From: Synechococcus sp.
GTDB lineage: Bacteria > Cyanobacteriota > Cyanobacteriia > PCC-6307 > Cyanobiaceae
DNA length: 64,000 nt
NCBI GenBank assembly: GCA_047285805.1
Contig: JBJBCN010000003.1
Span: 288,001 to 352,000 of the forward strand
Direction: 5' to 3'
Below the pieces are notes generated by a model, which made no database searches, was not told where the DNA came from, and worked only from the letters and a program-made list of their open reading frames with translations. Of this stretch, positions 29,853-39,071 are shown in pieces (the stretch's first letter is position 1; each line of letters starts with the position of its first letter). The translations under genes and the position numbers were made by a program.

Positions 29853-31070
29853 TTAGAGATGTCTGTTCAAGGTGCTTGTGATAACGTCATAATATTGGGA
29901 TGAAGACTTGTCGACCCCGAAACAGCTAGTGTATAAGTTCGATGCATTTGCCGAGTAGACCCTAAGGATATCGGGGTTGGAAGAGAGGTAACGTAGAGTT
30001 TGTGCTACACCAAGAGGATCACCTGGGTCTAAGACAACCCCACACTGATTCTCTGTAATGAGCTTGGCAATATCAGTGGTGTGGCGCGCAAGGAGTAAAA
30101 CAGGCTTGGCGCTTGAGATTATGCCATAGAACTTTGATGGTGCGACTGTGTCTTCACTGCCGGGAATTAGTCCAATAGCAGAAACATCGCATGCGCCTAG
30201 AGAATAAGGAAGACGTGATCTGTCCTGGTATGGGTGGAGCGTAACATTGGTAAGATGGTAGTGATTGATGTAGGCAGATATCTGACTTTTCTTAGAGCCA
30301 TCACCAACGAAGAGGAAGTGGAATCTTTCGTTGGCAAGAATACGGGCAGCTTCAAGCAGAGTGATGATTTCATGTAGCCGTCCAAAGTTTCCAGAGTACT
30401 GAACGGTAAATGTGTCAGTAACATTCCAGTCACAAGCTATGGGATTGAAGGATTTTGGAATGGGTAAAGCTTTTTCGACGGCCCAGTTATGGATAACAGT
30501 AACCTTATCGGGTGACAGATTGAACTCCTTGAGACAGCGGGCTTTCATCGCATGACTCAATACAATTGTTGTGTTGCTATGTTTGCACACTTGCTGAACT
30601 AGTAGAGACCAGACTTTGGACAGTGGACCTCGAGCGGGTAGAATTCCGGCAAGCTGTGCCGACCTGGGGAAAAGGTCTTGCAATACAAAGATATAGTCTT
30701 GTCGACTCAGCATCCTCATGACAAGACCTACTACGCCGATAAATGGGGGGTTAGATACAATTAACAAGACGTCCTGGGGTCTCCTGCGATTAATGAGGAC
30801 GAGGAGGCTCCAGACCAGAAAGATAACGCCGTCTAGTGATTTTATAAATACGTTAACCGCACCAGCCTTGGAACGCGGGCATCTAGAGATAGAAAGGATT
30901 GATGAATGTTCCTGTGTGCTAGGGGTTGATGTAAGGATATTTGTATGACATCCTTGACGCGCAAGCGCATAGGAGAGGTCTGTAATAAGTTGAGCCGTAG
31001 CACCAGTACTGGGCTGAAAGTACTGAGTGAGGATAGTAATACTTCTATTGGCCTGAGGATTCAAGTTCAT
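29853..31070 (-). CDS. GT4 glycosyltransferase (WcaI/WbuB-like)
   Basis: QYFQP, SNPPF, QDLFP, HNWA, YSGNFGRLH, PSKFYG. Confidence 0.88.
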   Translation of the reverse strand: MNLNPQANRSITILTQYFQPSTGATAQLITDLSYALARQGCHTNILTSTPSTQEHSSILSISRCPRSKAGAVNVFIKSLDGVIFLVWSLLVLINRRRPQDVLLIVSNPPFIGVVGLVMRMLSRQDYIFVLQDLFPRSAQLAGILPARGPLSKVWSLLVQQVCKHSNTTIVLSHAMKARCLKEFNLSPDKVTVIHNWAVEKALPIPKSFNPIACDWNVTDTFTVQYSGNFGRLHEIITLLEAARILANERFHFLFVGDGSKKSQISAYINHYHLTNVTLHPYQDRSRLPYSLGACDVSAIGLIPGSEDTVAPSKFYGIISSAKPVLLLARHTTDIAKLITENQCGVVLDPGDPLGVAQTLRYLSSNPDILRVYSANASNLYTSCFGVDKSSSQYYDVITSTLNRHL

Positions 31071-31894
31071 AACGGCAAAGAGAGTCGGAGTCTTCTCTGT
31101 TCAATAATTTTGATGACAGTCATGAGGTCGTAGAAGCTGATGAGAAGACAGTAGATGAAGCCTTGCCAACCCTCAAGGAATCCGCACTGAAGGATATATT
31201 TTTGGATAAAGCGAAGGAATGGCCGTAATGGCCAGAGATATGAAGCAAACATACGCAAATAGGGCTTTCTGGATGTGACAAGTGCCTTTTTAGACAAATA
31301 CTGCTCAATCTCTTCAGCGTCCCAAGAAGCATAGCGTTGGTGTCTTTCTAGCCAGTCATCGAGTCCTTTGCTAAAAGCGTAGTGTTCGTAAGGCTCTGAG
31401 ATTCTGGAAGTTACTGCAGATTCTGAGAATGACTCCCAGACGCCGCCTTGAAAGCGTACAGAGCTTCGCTGAAGAAGTCGAGGATGCCAGTTGGGGAAAC
31501 CTTGAGTTCTTCTTAACCATTTACCGAGAAACCAATACCTCGGAGTAAGCTCATAAGAATTATATTGAGAAGGTCTAGAGACTAGAAGTTTTATCTCATC
31601 CATGAGGATAGGACTTACTTCCTCATCTGCATCAATGAACAAGACCCACTTGCTCTGGAGTCCGCATCGATCTAGGGCCCAATTACGCTGATCCGTAATC
31701 TGAAATGGGCTTTCTTGTATGTGTACGAAAAACTTTGCGTCGAACTGCCTTGCGATGGATTCTGTAGAGTCAGTACTTCCGCTATCAAGGACTAAGAGCT
31801 CGTCGCACCATAGTAATGAGGTAAGTACGCGGGAAAGGTTCCGTTCTTCGTTGAGAGTTAAGACAACCCCAGCTACTGATGAGTCCTTAGACAT
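31067..31894 (-). CDS. GT2 glycosyltransferase (WaaE/KdtX-like)
   Basis: LTLNEERN, LDSGSTD, QRNWAL, FIDADE. Confidence 0.88.
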   Translation of the reverse strand: MSKDSSVAGVVLTLNEERNLSRVLTSLLWCDELLVLDSGSTDSTESIARQFDAKFFVHIQESPFQITDQRNWALDRCGLQSKWVLFIDADEEVSPILMDEIKLLVSRPSQYNSYELTPRYWFLGKWLRRTQGFPNWHPRLLQRSSVRFQGGVWESFSESAVTSRISEPYEHYAFSKGLDDWLERHQRYASWDAEEIEQYLSKKALVTSRKPYLRMFASYLWPLRPFLRFIQKYILQCGFLEGWQGFIYCLLISFYDLMTVIKIIEQRRLRLSLPL

Positions 31895-33047
31895 GAGATG
31901 CAACGCTTCGATAGAGGCCGTAGGCTTTTTGCGAGATTAGTTCCCGAGAAAACTGAGTCTTAACGAAAGACGCAGATAAATTGCCTGGTCGACAGCAAGA
32001 AAGGGCTTGTTCGAGCATATGTGCCCAAGTCGGTAGTGTTCGGGCAGAAATAAAGACACCAGGACTTGTTTCAAGCATATGTGATACACCTACTTTGTCG
32101 CTGATAATGACACCGCATCCACATGCAAGGGACTCAATGACTACATTGCCAAAGTTTTCATGTCGGCTGGGCAAAAGAAGCCAATCGGCGGCATTGTAGA
32201 CCCACAAGAGTTGGTCAGCTGGTAGTGCCGGACGCCAGTGTGCACGATCGTCTAGACCATAGTGCAGGAAAGCTCGCCGAAGCCGACGAGCAGTTCCATC
32301 TGAGTCATCGCCAACAAACAAGATTTGCCATGGTTTATGCTTTATCGAATTGAGTGCTTGTGGGAGTAGATCTAACCCCTTCTTGTGATGCAGTCTGCCA
32401 GCAACAAGGAATAGTGTTTCGTCTAGAGGCAATCCGTTACTCCTCCGGAAGAGTTGACCAGCCTCTGTATCACACCATAATTGGGAAAGGTCTAGCGGGT
32501 TTGGTAACAAAAACGGTTGTGGCTTTAAAGGGAGCCACCCAAGTTCGTCAACTTCCTGCCTGGTAGTACAGTGCAAAGCCGCGGCGAGTTGAAGTAGTGG
32601 CCTCTCCTTGACCAGAAAATAAGGAGCTTTCTTCCACCAACCATGTCGCCATGAATAAGGACCTAATGCTCCGCGAAGTGTATGGATGACGGGCACTCCA
32701 GCGGCATGAGCAGCCTTTTGAACTGGTAAGCCCAATGGCTGCCAAATGGCACTCAGGTGTAAAACTTCGGCCCAAGACATATGGTCAGGTAGAGCTTCGA
32801 CTAGAGCCCTGGATCGGATTTGGCCCCTCTGCTGATCGACTTGGTAGTAAGTAACATCTACACCGTTGACAATCTGTGGAAGTCCTAATTGGTCAGTTGG
32901 AAAATCAGGTAGCCCAGCGTTTGTGGTTATAACTCGGACCTCAACACCATGCTGCACGAGACCTTCGCAAAGACGAGAAACGCTGAGGATAGGGCCGCCA
33001 AATTGCCAGGCTGGGGCATATACAGGCAAGAAGTGAAGCACGCGCAT
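31887..33047 (-). CDS. GT4 glycosyltransferase
   Basis: PAWQFGGP, GRLHHKKGLD, PSRHENFGNVVIES. Confidence 0.9.
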   Translation of the reverse strand: MRVLHFLPVYAPAWQFGGPILSVSRLCEGLVQHGVEVRVITTNAGLPDFPTDQLGLPQIVNGVDVTYYQVDQQRGQIRSRALVEALPDHMSWAEVLHLSAIWQPLGLPVQKAAHAAGVPVIHTLRGALGPYSWRHGWWKKAPYFLVKERPLLQLAAALHCTTRQEVDELGWLPLKPQPFLLPNPLDLSQLWCDTEAGQLFRRSNGLPLDETLFLVAGRLHHKKGLDLLPQALNSIKHKPWQILFVGDDSDGTARRLRRAFLHYGLDDRAHWRPALPADQLLWVYNAADWLLLPSRHENFGNVVIESLACGCGVIISDKVGVSHMLETSPGVFISARTLPTWAHMLEQALSCCRPGNLSASFVKTQFSRELISQKAYGLYRSVASHV

Positions 33048-33060
33048 CAGTATTTGTTGT

Positions 33061-34482
33061 CTAGTCGCTTACAAAGAACAAAAGGTCGTCTCTGTATAAA
33101 ATGCCAATAAGCACAAATATTGCTATGAAGAATACGGTCAGAAAAGGCATTGAATGTCCGATTAGACTTTGAAGAAGCATTGTTGCAAATAATGCAATGG
33201 TTGACATCATCAAAACAAGGAACTGATGTGGATGCTGCAATTGCTTTAACACAGGCAGTCCGAATCCAAATATTGGGATTATTACATAAAGCAAACGTAC
33301 ACTCAAGTAGGCCAGAAGTCCAGCCGAAGGAATCCATATCCAACCCACAACAGCAGCCATTAAAGCTGATCCGTTTTGCCAAAGAACATAGGCGCGAGTG
33401 CGCCCCGCTGCAAGTAGTGGCTGAACTAGGAGTTGGGCAAGACATTCCAATAGGGCTGTCATTAGAAGAAGACGTGTTGGAAGCAATGCCGACTCAAAGT
33501 CGGCTCCAAATAGCCACACAATAATGCTTTGGTCGAAGGTACAATACAGCAACAGAACCTCTAACAATAAACACCAAATAGTCCGAAGAGGCCTCTCAAT
33601 CACCAAAACCTGGTTAGAGAAAGATGCCTCGGCACGCAATCTTAGAAATAAGACTGGAACTAAGGTGGCAGGAAGCAAAGCGAATAGCTGCTGAAGTATC
33701 TGGCCAACTCGCAGATAGCCAATTTGCGATAGACCGCTTGCGGAGGCGACCTTAAGGAGCAAAGGATAGAAAATCATTGAAGCCATCAAGTTAGCTGCGT
33801 AAAAAGGCAAACCACGACGCAATAAGGAGGAGATATTGGGCCACAAAAGAGGCCAAACCTGCAAAGGTCTCCACAGATGGCCTAAAGCCTTTTCCAGCCA
33901 AAAGCACTGTGCTACAGCAATGATGCTCCATCCAATCATTGCACCTGTTACACCACTGAGCAGAGCACCGGCGGCTGAAGATAAGAGACGTAGAGGGAAG
34001 AATAAGCCCTGACGTAGTGCTAATGAACTAGTGCGATGACTAACTAAGAGCAGCTCCCAGGCTGATGCACAAATGCCTTCGGAGGCAATCATCAGAACTA
34101 GCAAGATTGTCCAGACAAGGCGCTGACGTGATGGCATTGCTACCGGGAACAGACCCTGGCCCCACAAGATCCAAACCGCAATCCCAATACAAAACAGAAA
34201 CGTGGACAGGCTACAGAGCTGAGCTAAAGCGCGGGCAAGATAAGCACCACGTTTGCTTTGCATTGCCTCGGGGTCGCCTCCAAGTTCATAATTAATGGCA
34301 TAGTCACCGCCACATCGCACAAGAGTGTCGCCGGTTTGGACGGTAGTCGAAATCAGATTAAAGAGGCCTAAATCAGCAGGACCCAACCACCGGCTCAGCA
34401 GGAGATTGCTGACAAACCCAAACAGTCGTCCAATGCTCGCTCCACTTGCAAGATGAAGCCAACCGCGACGCATCAGTGTCAT
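33061..34482 (-). CDS. wzx: Wzx-like oligosaccharide flippase
   Basis: Roughly 12-14 TMs; LLSRWLGPADLGLF N-terminal MOP/Wzx pattern. Confidence 0.78.
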   Translation of the reverse strand: MTLMRRGWLHLASGASIGRLFGFVSNLLLSRWLGPADLGLFNLISTTVQTGDTLVRCGGDYAINYELGGDPEAMQSKRGAYLARALAQLCSLSTFLFCIGIAVWILWGQGLFPVAMPSRQRLVWTILLVLMIASEGICASAWELLLVSHRTSSLALRQGLFFPLRLLSSAAGALLSGVTGAMIGWSIIAVAQCFWLEKALGHLWRPLQVWPLLWPNISSLLRRGLPFYAANLMASMIFYPLLLKVASASGLSQIGYLRVGQILQQLFALLPATLVPVLFLRLRAEASFSNQVLVIERPLRTIWCLLLEVLLLYCTFDQSIIVWLFGADFESALLPTRLLLMTALLECLAQLLVQPLLAAGRTRAYVLWQNGSALMAAVVGWIWIPSAGLLAYLSVRLLYVIIPIFGFGLPVLKQLQHPHQFLVLMMSTIALFATMLLQSLIGHSMPFLTVFFIAIFVLIGILYRDDLLFFVSD

Positions 34483-35474
34483 TTAGCTAAGACGGCATCT
34501 AGGAGCCTTTGTGCTGCAGCAATGGTCGTAAATTGACGTACCCAATCACCCGAGGCTTGAAGCAAGCGTTTGTACTCGACAGGGTTGGCATCCAACGCAT
34601 CAATTTGGGTTTCGAGGTCATGCCAGTTTTGATAGCTCAAACAATTGACGCCAGCCTGCAAACCATGGGGTGCACAAGCAGCTGGTTTAGTCTCAATCCG
34701 ACGGATGCAAGGCACTGCACCTGCAGCCGAGATCTCGTAGTGCCTAAGGCAGTCCCAGCCACCGCGCTTTGTCGTCACAGCAAAGCGAGAGGCACCAATG
34801 TCATCATAATAATCTTGCTCTGAAGCAAAAGCATAGGAAGTGTGCAGGCCGACGGCACTTGCCACTTCATTGTCCACACAATGACTAGCTAGGCGTTGAG
34901 TCTTGCGTAAGGGATCACTAGAGCGTATCTTCTCCGCTGGAATTGAAAAGCTAGCAGGAAACAGGTGACAAGGCCCGGGAGAGACTTGTGAAATCTGTAA
35001 CTCCCGCTTAAAATAGAAACATAATCCAGATTGTATGGGAAAGGGTTGCCAACCATAGCGCCGAAGCCTTGTTCCGCTACGGTGAAATAGACGCGTGTCG
35101 TCATCACCATCAAGCAGAACCACCGGAACCGTCTGAAGTAAGGGAGCAAGGTCCAGGAGTTGTCCCCATTGGCGCCAGATTTGGCCAAGGACAACAAGGT
35201 CGAAGAACCTTGTCTCTAGTCTTTGGATAACAAATGATCGGTCGACGGAGCGATTATCCAGATTTCTGTATAATGTAAAGCCATTTCCACGCACTCCAAA
35301 GCCATCGTGAGTAAGAGGAGAATCCGTGGGTCTATAAAGGATAGATTTACGTGGGTAGTCAACGACTTCGTGCCCCAACGATATTAATCCATGCAGAATC
35401 GAATCAGCAAGATAGTCTTCGCGTGATTCTGTAAGGAAAAGAATTCTCAATACAGTTGTGGATGAAGCGTCCAT
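34479..35474 (-). CDS. Putative glycosyltransferase, family unclear
   Basis: DYLADSILHGL, DGDD, KRGGWDCLRHYEI; translationally coupled within the operon. Confidence 0.55.
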   Translation of the reverse strand: MDASSTTVLRILFLTESREDYLADSILHGLISLGHEVVDYPRKSILYRPTDSPLTHDGFGVRGNGFTLYRNLDNRSVDRSFVIQRLETRFFDLVVLGQIWRQWGQLLDLAPLLQTVPVVLLDGDDDTRLFHRSGTRLRRYGWQPFPIQSGLCFYFKRELQISQVSPGPCHLFPASFSIPAEKIRSSDPLRKTQRLASHCVDNEVASAVGLHTSYAFASEQDYYDDIGASRFAVTTKRGGWDCLRHYEISAAGAVPCIRRIETKPAACAPHGLQAGVNCLSYQNWHDLETQIDALDANPVEYKRLLQASGDWVRQFTTIAAAQRLLDAVLAK

Positions 35475-36445
35475 TAGAGGGGTGGCAGCAAGGGCATGTC
35501 AGTTCCTCGTAATCGGAGGCGAGTTGGGACAGAGCATAAAAGGGCAATAGCGGTTCTCCGGAGACCTATGCTGCGATGAATTAAGAGAAGCTGTCTAAGT
35601 GTCTGGCGAAGCCCAACACTGCGACATCTTTTAAGAGTGTTCCAGAGCTGAAGTTGGCCATGATGAGAAGCCCACCGAAAGCGATCAGGACATTCTTCAA
35701 GTAGAGGATGGTGAAGAAGATCTCTAAGCAGGTCAAGCGTTTCTAAAAGCTCACGATGTGTTTTTTGATTACTTACGGAAAGCTGGCCATCATGAACACG
35801 AACCCTAGCAATTGCATCACGCCTAATCAACACAGATGTATGAGTACTCGCTCGTATTAGCCATTCCCAATCAGCTGATTGCGTCCATTCGGAGCGCCAC
35901 CTACCAGCATCAGCATAAAGAGAATGGTGAATCAAGAGTCCTGTGATATTGCCGTTGATACTTCCAAAGCGCAATAGCGGTTTGAGAAGTTCACCAGGAG
36001 AAAAGAGATGTGTTTTCGGGGCAAAGCAATCATAGAAACTGCCGTTCACGTCATATCTAGTCTGACCATTAAGGTCAATTGATTCATAAGAGGACAAGAT
36101 CAACCTCGCGTCAGGATTGTCGCGAATGGAACGCGTGAGCTTACTAATTGCATCAGGCTTAAGCTCATCATCGCTGCAGAGTATGAGCTGCCATGGTGTT
36201 CTGACTTCAGTATTCGCAAGATTAAGATTAGCAAAGAGACCTATATTCCTCTCACGTCTTACATGCGAGACGCGTGGGTCAGAAAGCTGTTCTGAGATAA
36301 GTTTTGCAGTCTGGGCGTCAGAGCAATCATCTGCGATATGAAGGCGCCACTCAGGATCGCTTTGCGAATAAACACTAGAAAGAGCAAGCTTCAGGAGCTC
36401 GGAGCGGCCATATACAGGGAGTATAATCGTAATTAGACAGCTCAT
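35474..36445 (-). CDS. GT2 glycosyltransferase
   Basis: ILPVYGR, ADDCSD, NIGLFANLN, CSDD, DWEW. Confidence 0.85.
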   Translation of the reverse strand: MSCLITIILPVYGRSELLKLALSSVYSQSDPEWRLHIADDCSDAQTAKLISEQLSDPRVSHVRRERNIGLFANLNLANTEVRTPWQLILCSDDELKPDAISKLTRSIRDNPDARLILSSYESIDLNGQTRYDVNGSFYDCFAPKTHLFSPGELLKPLLRFGSINGNITGLLIHHSLYADAGRWRSEWTQSADWEWLIRASTHTSVLIRRDAIARVRVHDGQLSVSNQKTHRELLETLDLLRDLLHHPLLEECPDRFRWASHHGQLQLWNTLKRCRSVGLRQTLRQLLLIHRSIGLRRTAIALLCSVPTRLRLRGTDMPLLPPL

Positions 36446-37542
36446 ATCAGTTCCATTAAGTATAATAGGGAGACAAGTTGATCAGGATCAATAATGAAGT
36501 TGTTGGAGTTTGCATCAAAGTCGGTGCCAAGGAGATGGCCATGCTGGAGTTCAAGCTGATCAGCCATAGCGTAGTAATGGGAAAAGTTTCCAGGCCGAGG
36601 AAGAAGCTCAATGATGGCAGCGGACGGAGCACACGCAATCATGTTGGTGAAACCAGCACCATGTGGGCCCACAACAACTGAGCTTTCGGAAAAAAGGCGC
36701 AGCTGTTCTTCGACAGGGAGCGACTCAAGACAGTACGATTGAAAACCGTATGGAACTAATGCTGATATCAGTTGTTCTTCATTGAGACAGCGCCTTGTAT
36801 TCGCGTTGTTTCTCGATAAATAGATACGCCGCCAAGGGCGATAGACGGATTGGAATTGTGACTTACATAGGCTCCTCAGCCACCTAAGTTGTGCAGGGCT
36901 AACAAAAACATCAGTATCATGCTCTTGCAATGCAAATAGGCATGCTGTTGATGATCCAATAGCAAGTGAATTCAACCTTAGAGCCTGCGGAGCAATGAAT
37001 GAAAGAAGCGGCTCTACGAAGCGTGGGAGTAGGTGCCTTGGTCTGTGACTAAGGGCAATTATTGGATGTTGATCTCTGGTCAGATTAAAATAACTCTGTA
37101 GAAAGAGTGGTGCAAGGCCTGGTTGAGTAAGCCAATGAAAGTAGTTTGGGTTGTTATGAGTCGAAAGGAGAATCAACGGTTCAGATCGAAATTCAATATT
37201 GCGCTGTCGGTGCCACCAGCCTGGAGGTTGAGTTCCTGACTTAGAAAAGAAGCAAGATCTCGATTTCAAGTTTGATGGGTTTGATTCGTAGATGCAGTGT
37301 TTGTTCCAACGCAAGAGACCCGAGCTCAACGAAAATGCCTGCGAAGAGTCCGTCGCCTCATACAGCCATTGTCTACCTGATATCAAAATACTGGGAGTCA
37401 AGCTGGCAAGAGGAGCTGTGAGGGAAGTCGAAGCGCGTCGTGGATGAAACGACTCATCCAATTTCCAATAAGAGACGCCGGGCAATGCAGACAAAGCCAG
37501 AGCCTGCGGAGATCCCGGAAAGATAGGAAGAGGAATAATCAA
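36442..37542 (-). CDS. GT61 (DUF563) glycosyltransferase
   Basis: NYFHWL, RIYLSR, RRCLNEEQL, GPHGAGFTN. Likely TTG start overlapping the upstream TGA (ORF track extends to 37581). Confidence 0.8.
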   Translation of the reverse strand: MIIPLPIFPGSPQALALSALPGVSYWKLDESFHPRRASTSLTAPLASLTPSILISGRQWLYEATDSSQAFSLSSGLLRWNKHCIYESNPSNLKSRSCFFSKSGTQPPGWWHRQRNIEFRSEPLILLSTHNNPNYFHWLTQPGLAPLFLQSYFNLTRDQHPIIALSHRPRHLLPRFVEPLLSFIAPQALRLNSLAIGSSTACLFALQEHDTDVFVSPAQLRWLRSLCKSQFQSVYRPWRRIYLSRNNANTRRCLNEEQLISALVPYGFQSYCLESLPVEEQLRLFSESSVVVGPHGAGFTNMIACAPSAAIIELLPRPGNFSHYYAMADQLELQHGHLLGTDFDANSNNFIIDPDQLVSLLYLMELI

Positions 37543-39035
37543 GATGAACCAAAAGATTTGCGTGTTAGGCGTGATCGGCACAAAATAGTGGATAAGAGAA
37601 TGAGTTCAACCCAAGCCTTTGGAAAATCCCAAAACAGATACCAAGTCACTGTTAGAATAGTGTTATTAATCCACGTACAGATAAGGGTGACGACCAAAGA
37701 CTGGGCGAGCAAGCCATAGAGCGTATATTTGCTTAGCATCCAGGAAAAGAATGATTGAAGACTAGCTAACAAAACACCTAGAAACGCAGGAACAAATACA
37801 AGTCCTGGCCAACCCCAGCGCCAAAAAGAATCCGCAAACAAACTAATTGTTGCGTATGAAATTTCGCCAGGCTTGAGGTCTAGTTTATTCGACAACTCCT
37901 CCGACAGCTCTTGACCATCGAACAAGCTTGGGGAATCTGGATAAAAGGTTGAGGGAATTAACCCTAAAGGCAGTTTTGAAAAACCCTCAGACTTTCTAAG
38001 GCGAAGTGCACGATTCGAACAGTTTTCATAAAGGCCAACAACGTGCCATCGAGCTAGCGACCCCTCAGGAAAGTTTTTGACACCTTTTTGATGGATTAGT
38101 GCCGCTTGTGAATCATCTGCCAACACTCTTTTTAGGTCTTCACTACAATTATGTGGGCTTAGCATTAGGTAGAATTCATGGCTGGTTCCCATCAGTTGCT
38201 TGCCAATCTGAAAGGTTTGAAAGGATCGTTTTAGTTCTGGTATTGATTGATTGCCTTCTCGATGGACTCGTAAATACTCAGCGACTGGAAGGAAAAGAAG
38301 CGATCCCACGAACAAGGTGAGTAGTAGTGCTTTAATAGAAATCTTTTGCCAGCAAAGAGCACCAATAATGAGATAGACAGGAAGACTAAGAATAAGACCG
38401 CGACTTCCACTGGAAATAGCGATTACTTGCCATAAAGTAAGTAGTATGGCGACAAGAAAACGATTCAGAAAAGACCATTGCTTCCACGCAAAAGGGATCA
38501 GAAAGAATCCGACAGGTGCCAGCCGAGATATAATTGAAGAGCCAATGATGATTTTCGCAAGTAATGAGCTTTCAAGTGCTTGAGATTGTAGCTCTGGAGA
38601 TCGAACAAAGAGTCCGAGGAAGCTCATTGTAAGAAGAGCAACAGAACCGATACCTGTAAGGAGATACGAGAGATTTGAGAGAACTTTTTTATGTGGCCAA
38701 GCAAACTCGGCGAACGACTTTTTAGGCAGATTCACTTGACGAGGCACGATAAAAATTAGGCTAACTACATAAGCGATAGAAAAAGAAAGAATTCCAAGAG
38801 AGAAACAGACCAACAAGGCGTCTAGTGCACCAATGGTGGATAGAGATGCATATCCAAATAATGAGCTCGGGTCAGAACGCCATAACGCCAGCCCAAGTCC
38901 ATAAGTGACTCCATACATCAAAACAACGACAAGTCCTAATGACGGAATCAAACGCCTTAAGAAGGGAAGGTCCGCATAGACAATCAGCAAGACTGAAGAA
39001 ATATAGATTATAGATGTGACAATGATGGTTGTCAT
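37539..39035 (-). CDS. Second Wzy-like polysaccharide polymerase
   Basis: Many TMs, SGSRGLIL and ISLFADSFWRWGWPG; motif order matches 21887-23380. Confidence 0.6.
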   Translation of the reverse strand: MTTIIVTSIIYISSVLLIVYADLPFLRRLIPSLGLVVVLMYGVTYGLGLALWRSDPSSLFGYASLSTIGALDALLVCFSLGILSFSIAYVVSLIFIVPRQVNLPKKSFAEFAWPHKKVLSNLSYLLTGIGSVALLTMSFLGLFVRSPELQSQALESSLLAKIIIGSSIISRLAPVGFFLIPFAWKQWSFLNRFLVAILLTLWQVIAISSGSRGLILSLPVYLIIGALCWQKISIKALLLTLFVGSLLFLPVAEYLRVHREGNQSIPELKRSFQTFQIGKQLMGTSHEFYLMLSPHNCSEDLKRVLADDSQAALIHQKGVKNFPEGSLARWHVVGLYENCSNRALRLRKSEGFSKLPLGLIPSTFYPDSPSLFDGQELSEELSNKLDLKPGEISYATISLFADSFWRWGWPGLVFVPAFLGVLLASLQSFFSWMLSKYTLYGLLAQSLVVTLICTWINNTILTVTWYLFWDFPKAWVELILLSTILCRSRLTRKSFGSS

Positions 39036-39071
39036 CGCAGAATAGCAAATGCTCAGATGTAGAGAAGAGGC

